Source: Blasia pusilla
Taxonomy: Eukaryota
Assembly (NCBI GenBank): GCA_050084515.1
Contig: CM114271.1
Span: forward strand, 15,996,001-16,060,000
DNA length: 64,000 nt
Direction: 5' to 3'
In this document: piece after piece, positions 55,685 to 64,000 of the stretch
How the letters are laid out: the number at the start of each line of letters is the position of its first letter
How positions within the stretch are numbered: position 1 is the stretch's first letter
Position numbers and translations under genes: made by a program
The notes under the pieces: model-generated
Databases searched by the model: none
The model's input: the letters and a program-made list of their open reading frames with translations, nothing else
What the model was told of the DNA's origin: nothing

Positions 55685-57200
55685 CTATACACATCTCGGA
55701 CACATCCATCGTCCCGTGGGAACCACATCAAGAGGGGGGGTCAGACATGACATATGCCACCCTCGAGAACAACCATCACATACCAACATGGTGGCTGCAC
55801 CCCTCGCAGATCCGCACAATATACACATCAAGCCTGCAGGTACCACTGCCAAGCTCGGATCCACCATCCCATCTACGTTCGGATGTTGACATGGCGCACA
55901 ATTGCGCACATGATCCTTCCAAACCATACCATCCCGTCCCTCCAACATGAGGACTCCGGTTGGTAATACCTCGCGCACACGTAGGATCGTGCGCCCTGCA
56001 GTGACATCTAGCGTCGTGGGTGCCGCCTGCTGTAAATACACGTAATCTCCAGGATGAAACCTCCTAATCCCTGGACGATAACCTCCTCATAAAATGGTCG
56101 ATACCTCAATGTATCTCTATCTTTGGGCAATAGCTAAGTTCTCAAAGGCCATAGGCATAACTCTACGAAAAACTTCTGCCCTCTGAGAACATGCTTGTAC
56201 CCACACATCTGGATCATCAAGATCTAACACCTCCACCATGTCACGTCGAATCGCTGCAGGTAAATCTGGCTCTCTCCCAAAGAGCAAAAAGTACGGTGAA
56301 AATGACGCCAAGGATGCCTGCCGACTAAAGCGATAACCCATAGCCAACCATGGCAACTGTAGGTCCCACTCCCTCAACTATCCCCGCTGCAAGCCATACT
56401 TGCGCAATCCTCTCTTCACCGTCTGTACCACTCTCTCCGCCAACCCATTTGCCTCAGGATGATCTCTGGACGTGGTGCGGTAATCTATCAGCGCCTGATC
56501 ACACAAGGCCTGAAACTCTCCCTTGAACTCGGTACCCTGGTCAGTCAACACCTCCGCCGGTGCACCAAAGTGACTAAGCACACGATCTAGAAACGCATAA
56601 GCTGTTCCCTTGCTCGCCTTGTCTGGTAGTGCCACCAACTCTATCCACTTGGAGAAATGCTCCACCATGACCAACACGTACCTATGATGACGCCCTGTCA
56701 ATGGCAAAGGTCCCGCAAAGTCTAAACTCCACCGATAACCTAAACCATTAAGTGGAAAAGGATGTAAATGCGGAGTGGGAGCATTGAAGGATGCTCGCAC
56801 TCTGTCACATACCATACATCTGGCCACAAACTGCTGTACCCCAGTATGCATGCCGCGCCACCAATACTGAACCTAGAGTAAGTTGTAAGTATGCTTTACT
56901 CCGAAATGTCCCAACTCCTCATGGGCATGTCGCACTACACGTGCTTGCTGGGAAGGATGAGGTACCACTCGTATCCTACCATCTCCCCATACCCGAAAAA
57001 TGTGAGTCCCCTCCCACCTGAACCTCTTGGCTCTCTGTAGGATCCAATCCCGCTCCCTAGCACTCACTGCACTCGCAATGACGCCAGTGCGCAAGAACTC
57101 CACAACCTCCACGTTGTCATGGATATCACAACCACGTGTCGCCTCCTCACTAACCTCCGGATCCAAAGATTCATCATCCAACCCCACCACTGGAGTCATC
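55685..57200 (-). pseudogene. DDE integrase with C-terminal PHD finger (copy 3)
   Basis: HAHEELGHFG/CMVC zinc domain; WSLDFAGP, LTDQGTEF, NGLAERVV catalytic D-D-E; CILC-CDGC-WHMSC-WMCPRC. Confidence 0.93.
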
Positions 57201-58640
57201 ACTTGTGGCTCCGTGCCATCGAGCTCCTGTGTCGTCTCTCTGACTCAGACATGGGTTACGACTCAACCCATCCGCATCTTGGTTCAGCCGACCTGGCCTA
57301 TGAACCACCTCAAACTCATACTCTTGTAGTAATAGAGCCCACATGGCAAGCTTGCCCGTAAGCTTGTCGGACTCGATCAACCACCTCAACGGCTGATGAT
57401 CAGTGATAAGTTTGAAAGGGTTGCCGTATAAGTAGCACCTAAAATGTGCTACGGCCCACACTGCAGCCAAGCACTCTCCCTCGTAGGAGCTGTACTTTGC
57501 CTTTGCAATGTTGTTCGATCAGCTCGCGTAAGCCACAACGAACTCCCTCTCCTCGTCATCCCTCTGAGTAAGCACTGCTCCTAGACCCAACATGCTCCAA
57601 TGCGTATGTAACTGGAATGGGCGACCCCTAACCGGTCTTTATAAAATGGGTGAGGACGTCAACCTGTCCTTGAGCTCCTGAAATGCTCGCTCCTGATCAT
57701 CTCCCCACAACAAACCTGATCAAGTCTCGTCAACAAGGTCAAAGACTTTGCGATCGCACTAAAACCCTTGACATACCGTCGATAGAAGTTCGCCAGTCCA
57801 AGAAATACCCGGACTCGACTCACATCTGTAGGGCGTGGAATCTGCGCAATAGCCTCTACCTTCGTCTGCTGAACGCCTAACCCACTCGGGTATATGGTGT
57901 GTCCCAAGTACTCAATCTGCTCCTGAAAGAATCTGCACTTGCCTGGATGTAACTTCAATCCATGTAACTGCAATCGCCGAAACACCTCCTCCAAGTGTCG
58001 CTCATGCTCCTCAATCGTGGAACTGAAGATAAGAATTCATCTATGTAACATCGTACAAAATCCAAGCCAGCCAGAATCCTATCCATCACTCTGTGAAACT
58101 CTGCAGGCGCGTTCTTCAACCCAAATGGTAAGAACCGCCACTGATACAAGCAATCTCTCCCGAACCAATCTATCCCCCAAAATGCTGTCTTCTCCCTGTC
58201 CTCCAACCTGATAGGAAGGCGATGATAGCCGAGACGGAGATCTAAATCTTGAAGATCTTTGCATGCCCTCTTGCATCAAAGATCTCCTCGAGTAGGCATG
58301 GCGCACCCGATCGACCTCGTCTGTCGGTTGATAGGACGGTAATCTCCACACATCCGCCTATCCGTCCAATTGCCATACATATCCTTCTTCGCCGGCATGA
58401 CTGTGGCAGATGCATACTCCCCATGTGATAACTCCACAAGTCCTGCCTCCAACAAGTCCTGACTCATGCTCTGAATCAAGGCTCGCTCCATATCACAATA
58501 CGTGTAGGGTTGACGAAAGATCGGCGTATCACTAGCCAACTCAATCCATATCCCGAGACCCTTCAGCGTACCCAAGTCTCTCTCTCATCAAGGCAAAACA
58601 ACCGACATGCCCTCTCAAAAACCTATGAACTCGCCGTCGC
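57200..58640 (-). pseudogene. Gypsy RT and RNase H (copy 3), frameshifted
   Basis: RMCGDYRPIN, KTAFW, LPFGLKNAPAEF, CYID, LKLHPGKC, FLGLANFYRRY, ITDHQPLRWL. Confidence 0.92.
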
Positions 58641-58867
58641 TCTCCTCCTATCAACTTGAGACCTATCGCAGGCTCCCAAGTCTCCATTGTGACCTCACTC
58701 GGAGAGGACGCAACTTCCGGCTTTGGTTGCTATGTAGCAACCCTAGCCACCTCATATGACCACTCCACTCGACCTCCTACACCATGCTCCACATCCAAAA
58801 AATGAACATGTGCTACTCTAGCCTTCGCACTCTCTGCTCGAACGACGCCCCAGAAGTCCATGGGTGC

Positions 58868-59992
58868 CTATCTCTCCTTGTCTCGCCCCGACCAATGCCT
58901 TTTACAGACCACAGAGGCAATGGTCCAACTTCGTGGGCGTGGCGGCATGGATGACACTCGCATCCGTCTCTGCTCAGCTATACCTAGGCTGACTATCCAT
59001 GTGAGACAGTTGAGGTCCATCGCCTGCCCCAACACCTGTCTCTGGGATGCCTCAGTCATCCCTGGCACCGCCGTAGTACCGGTAGTGAACCCCATGGCAC
59101 GCTTGCGCTCATCTGCTGTAGGTTCTTCCAATGCTCCGGTCAACTCATCCCAAATCATGCCTGGACCTCCTTGACGAAAGGCATGGGATGTTGGGAAGCT
59201 CACCAACGTAGGTAAGGCTGCCCTCAACTCCCCCATCCTTTTGGCCATGGCCAACGTTGGTCTATCATCCCGTGTCACCACCTGAGATTGACGCCCTGAG
59301 CCCAAAATAGCATCCACTGTGAGATGTGGTGCTCTCTGGACTCCACCGTATGCTCGACTCAGTACCTCTGATGGTATCAGGTTCGTCCACCATAGTCGTG
59401 GATGATGGGCACGTGACCCGACTCTCGCTACATCTAACAACACAACAGGTCCCAACCAAGACCTCACCTGATGTACACTCGTCATCACACGTGCACGAGT
59501 GTCTCCCAACAACGGCACGTTCTCCAAAATGTACGCTGGGGAACATATATGACTCTCCTGCAAGTGTCGTAATACTCGCAACATCTCCCAAAACATCCCT
59601 GACCTCGGATCCTGCAATCCAAATCCTCGGCGAGTTGATGAATGACCCTGACATGGCCATCCAGCAATCACCAAATGAATGGTGCCAACTCTATCCAGAT
59701 CCTGCGCCCCTACCAAAGAGATGTCGGCGGGTAGCGTATGTTGGTATCCCCGTACTGCAGATACCGACAACAACTCAGGATACCTTTGGACCAATCTCGC
59801 CACGTGACGTAATGATACTCGCTGCCCGGTCTTATCTCTCTCCACATAAAGGTACTCATGCACCCATATGCCCGCCTGCAATAGTGCAGCCAATCCGGTG
59901 CTAATCCCTCCGAAGAGATCTAACACCCTAACACCCTCCTCTGGGCACTGCCACACAACATGTGTGGTATCTAGTGGGATCATCGTCTTCAC
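58868..59992 (-). CDS. DNMT3-like C5 cytosine methyltransferase domain of the polyprotein (open across the domain)
   Basis: VLDLFGGI (I), VERD (II), ADI (III), GWPCQG (IV), YILENV (VI), AHHPRLWWTN (VIII), ERKRAMGF (IX), RQVLGQAM (X). Confidence 0.92.
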   Translation of the reverse strand: MKTMIPLDTTHVVWQCPEEGVRVLDLFGGISTGLAALLQAGIWVHEYLYVERDKTGQRVSLRHVARLVQRYPELLSVSAVRGYQHTLPADISLVGAQDLDRVGTIHLVIAGWPCQGHSSTRRGFGLQDPRSGMFWEMLRVLRHLQESHICSPAYILENVPLLGDTRARVMTSVHQVRSWLGPVVLLDVARVGSRAHHPRLWWTNLIPSEVLSRAYGGVQRAPHLTVDAILGSGRQSQVVTRDDRPTLAMAKRMGELRAALPTLVSFPTSHAFRQGGPGMIWDELTGALEEPTADERKRAMGFTTGTTAVPGMTEASQRQVLGQAMDLNCLTWIVSLGIAEQRRMRVSSMPPRPRSWTIASVVCKRHWSGRDKER

Positions 59993-60025
59993 TCCAAGAG
60001 CCCGATCGCCATGTGACTCTCGCGG

Positions 60026-62731
60026 CTATGGGATAAAAACATGACTCCACGCCTGCCTCACAAGGTCGTCGGCACTCCTCTGTAGCTCTTGAGTCGTACC
60101 CCATAATGGTGAAGAGGCCTCGCCAACATGGGAAGAGACACCCGCCAGGGACTGTCTCTCCGTGGGACTATCCGCTACTGGGACATCCTCCGCATGTGCG
60201 TTCCCCTCCAACAACTCTATTGGCCAGCTAACACTACTTGTGAAAGCTGCCAACGTGGTCACAGACTCGCCTCGTGATCGACCACCTCGTCCCGCAAACT
60301 GCACGGGTAACTAACTCATCCGGCCGTCACCTGACCGCCATCCTGGCCGATAAGCAACGGTCTCCTCCCAGAAGTCAAGGATGAATCCTAGGAGATATAA
60401 GAGTGTACTCCCCACCAACACATCATACGAATCAGCTGGTGTCTTAATCGCACGTGTGCGCATCATAGCACTATCCGTCGCATGCTCTGGCTGGACTCTG
60501 ACAACAATCTCATGTCGAGTCATATACTGAGTGGGTGATACGCCCCCAATCGAGGTCTGTATCTAGAAGGGACAAGGCTCAATGTCGGCCTTCCGTAACC
60601 CCAACGCTAAACACGCCGCCTTCCCTAACATCAAGGGTTGCGCTCCCGAATCAAGCAGGACGCGTTGTGGGTGGTATACTATCCCCGTCACACTAACCAA
60701 GCAAAATACTCCAGCTTGGTTATCCAGTAACACTACTCCAAGTGTCACCACTGCTCGCTCTATGGCCGGTCGAGCTGGCATATCTACCAACTTTGCCGCC
60801 GCCGCATGCCATGACTCTGTGGGGAACGTCCCAAGCACCGGCTCTGAGGGCAAGTCCACCACCTCCTCAACTACCTCTGAACAAGAAGCAGTCATCTCTC
60901 CACGCTCACACAACGTGGCGGCCAATCGGAACATCTCAACTGGTCCAACTCCCAACGTCGCTAACTCTATGGCGGAAAATAGCGGAGTCTGACTCACTCT
61001 AGTGACCACCTCCAACACTATGGTCGACACTGACTCCACTCGAGCTGGCATAGGAGTTGTCACTCCAACTCCTCGTGACGTCGATGTAGGTGCCTGAACT
61101 GTAGGCACCGCTGGTCGTTGAGGCACCATCCATGGTGTGTGTAGTGCCTCTGACAATGTGAACGACTGTGGAACCCTGGTCTGCCGCCCATCGGTCCCCT
61201 CTGGTGGGTCAATCTCAACTCCACCTCTTGATGGCTCGGTGCCTCTCACAGTACCTTGAGTCACCACTACAGTTGCCTCAACCTGGGCTGCACTACACAT
61301 AAATCCCATACTGGCGAGATCCTCACCCGGGTCAGGGTAAGAGGTAAAAGCTGGAGTCACACTAGTTGCTCGCAGCTCCGTGCCTTCCCTAAGCTGCATC
61401 ATTGTCATGGCAGAAATCCTCTGCTCCAACTGATCGATGCGTGAGAGAAGTGCCGACTCTAGTGCTCCTGCTCCATCTCCTCTGGCTGGTGGTGGTCCTC
61501 TACCACCACGTCCAGGAAGAACTCCCCGAACTCCTCCAGGACGACCGCCCCCAGGCCCTCGGCCTACCTGTGGACGTGCCCCTCGGCGAAGGTCAAAACA
61601 TCTATCCCTAGTGTGACCATATCTGTGGCAATGGTCACACTGGTGCTGTGGTGGGACCATCCTCTGTGGCTCCTGAGCAATCGGAGGCGCTGGTGGTCCT
61701 CTCCCATGTTGTGGGCAGTCTCTCTGCCTATGGGCCCCTCCACACGTCCAACAAGACCACATTGGTCCCTACTGGGCAACATATGTAGGTGCGGGTCGTT
61801 GCCTCATAGGCTCACGGAACCCGCCCTGCTCTCTAGGCACACTGGTCCGCTCCCGTGGTACTGGTGCTCGCTGTGGCACCTGTGGGGTCACTGTTGCTCG
61901 TGGACCCGTCGACTCTTGAGAAAATCCAGCGGTCACTACCTACTCCTTACTCATGTTGAGCTCAATACGCTCAGACAACTCAAAGACCACCTTCAATGTG
62001 GGCTTCGCTGTATGAATCAGCACCGCATCTCGAACTCTCCTCCGTAGTTCTCGGTCCAGAACCCCATACCAATACTGGACTGAGTGCGCCTCAGTCACTC
62101 CAAACGTAGCAATGATCAGCCTCCTCATGCATGTGAATGCCTCTCTCAGACTCTCACCCAGTCGTCGCTGAAAATCCTGTAGACTCTTCAACTTGTCAGT
62201 GCGTACACCCTGGTAGCTCTTCCCCAACTGTCGGAAGAACTCCACTGAGGGGCTGAATCTGGGTGGCCCTCTACCACCAGAGGTCTCTGCCACATCGCCT
62301 ATCTCAGTGCCCTCCTCTCCATCTAGTCTCCGGGCTGATGGTGTGGGTCTCTCTCCTCTCACAATCCCATCATATGCCTCGCGACCACTAGTGGACACAT
62401 ACCCTAGAGCCCAATACATCCTCCAGGCATCAATCTCTACTGAATATAGTGATCGAAACTCCATGTAGTCATCCATCGGAGGACCCTCAAATCTTTGGAA
62501 CAACCCCTTCCATGCCATGAAAGGGTTGAACCGTGTCGGGGTCCGTATCTCCTGGAAGTCGCACCATGTGTCGAACTCCTGGATAAAATCATCTAAGTCA
62601 ATGGTGCCCACTGCACCCGAGAAACGACGCATGCGCCGATGGCCCATGTCGTCCATCTCCTGCCAAGTACTACTGTCTCTGTCTGTGATCTCGTCACCAG
62701 ACCCAATGTCCAGTGATGACGATCCAGCCAC
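60026..62731 (-). pseudogene. gag (two CCHC knuckles, RGG-rich tract) and aspartic protease (copy 3)
   Basis: CWTCGGAHRQRDC, CDHCHRYGHTRDRC, VLLDSGAQP; one reading frame broken only by TAG stops. Confidence 0.9.
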
Positions 62732-64000
62732 GGATGGATGTCGAGGGAGCTTCTCACTGGTAACCCCTCAGTATCTCACTCCACTTCGTGTCACACCACT
62801 ACTACTGCTCGCACTACCCCGTTCTTCCGAACCCTGGACGAACGCCGTGATGACAAACCCTGTCTCACCCGCTCAAGCACTCAGACTCACCGAGAGTCTC
62901 CCACATGCCTCACTAGCTCACATATGCTAACATCAATCCCGTGATGATATACCCGGCCTCACGCACACTCAACATTCGGGCTCACCATGAGCCTCCCAAC
63001 TGACTCACCTAACCTAGCGACACTCTCTCGGGTCATACACTCGACCCCTACTCGGCAATCGCCGTATATCCACCAACATGCTATACATGAAAAGAATCTA
63101 AACTCGTCACCATCACTACCCCCACCTAGCATCGGCTACTACCCGATACCCAACACTCTCAATCACACCCGACAAGTGCGGGAAAAGGGACTCGAATGGG
63201 TAACCTGATCACGCCCTCCAACCTGCTGCACTGTCAACATGCACTCCTCCACATGAGATGACAATCTCCGCAACACAACACTCTCCTCAACCTACACGTT
63301 GATCCTCCCGTCAACAGATGCGGACAACCCGTCGGCATCATGCACACTGCCCCTCCATCGTCAACTCTCACAACGCCCTGTCGCGCCCCAAAACATCATG
63401 TCACGCCTGCTGTCCAACTATGTTAGTCATTCACCACGTCGACATCCTCCCTACCATCACGTTCCCCATGCGCCACCGCGTTTGCCGGACCGACCTCGTC
63501 CGTCCTACCACGTTCGCTACAACTGCACACGGACCGAAGGGCGCTCTATAGAGTCAGAACTCAGAGCCTTTATGGCTCTGAGTTTCTGGAACTCCAGAGA
63601 CCTCGGACCCCCCTGCCGTGCCTACCCACCCGCCATTCCCCCTACCCACCCGCTATTCCCCCTACCTATCCGCTACCCTGAGTCGGTCGGAGAGTTTTCT
63701 CCGGCATTCTTATAAATATCTGCCCTCTGGGTCGGATGTGGGAGCGATAATGCTGATGGATCGATATTTACCTCGCCACATCCATGTCCATGCTCCATGT
63801 TACTGCATGGGAGGCATGGGAATTTCCATGCCTATCATCCCCACATACCTGCATTCGATGTGTCACGAACGGGAGCCAATGCCTTGTTTGCCCGGTTAGT
63901 TAGGCATATAAGCACTTTGGGGCTCTAACAGGTCTGCGGATCCACCAATAAGGGTTTAGTACGATGAGGAAGTCGATCCACCACATCAAATATCTAACCA

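Larger units (their letters stand above)
54844..64000 (-). mobile_element. Retroelement copy 3 (second subfamily, best preserved); 5' repeat lies beyond the window end
   Basis: gag-PR-DNMT-RT-RH-INT-PHD followed by PPT-B1-A2-B2; ends GCGCACGACA at 54844. Confidence 0.92.

Noticed and set aside
59326-59904. Antisense ORFs over the retroelements (this one and e.g. 21351-21836, 60582-60992)
   Set aside because: Shadow frames of GC-rich pol sequence with no recognisable domains
58868-62731. Programmed TAG readthrough or stop-codon reassignment
   Set aside because: TAG positions differ between copies 1 and 3, other regions have frameshifts, and TAG also terminates pol in copy 3; decay is the simpler explanation

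Overview
Eukaryotic nuclear DNA, most likely a land plant or streptophyte (8-exon plastid ferritin, 10-exon mitochondrial aspartate aminotransferase, ATK1-like kinesin-14 fragment); the species cannot be determined from the sequence. Two intact host genes (ferritin 34163-36183 +, AspAT 42881-46980 -) sit among decayed transposons: a 16.7-kb CACTA element with captured fragments, a Helitron and a restriction-like-endonuclease LINE fragment. The most striking content is four copies (two subfamilies) of a Ty3/Gypsy-type retroelement with the order gag - protease - DNMT3-like cytosine methyltransferase - RT - RNase H - DDE integrase - PHD finger. Its termini are not ordinary LTRs but split direct repeats (A1...PPT-B1-A2-B2) with TG...CA ends, a near-palindromic CA-nn-TG internal junction and no visible tRNA primer-binding site. 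All copies are mutated. Exon boundaries, alignments and identities were worked out by eye.
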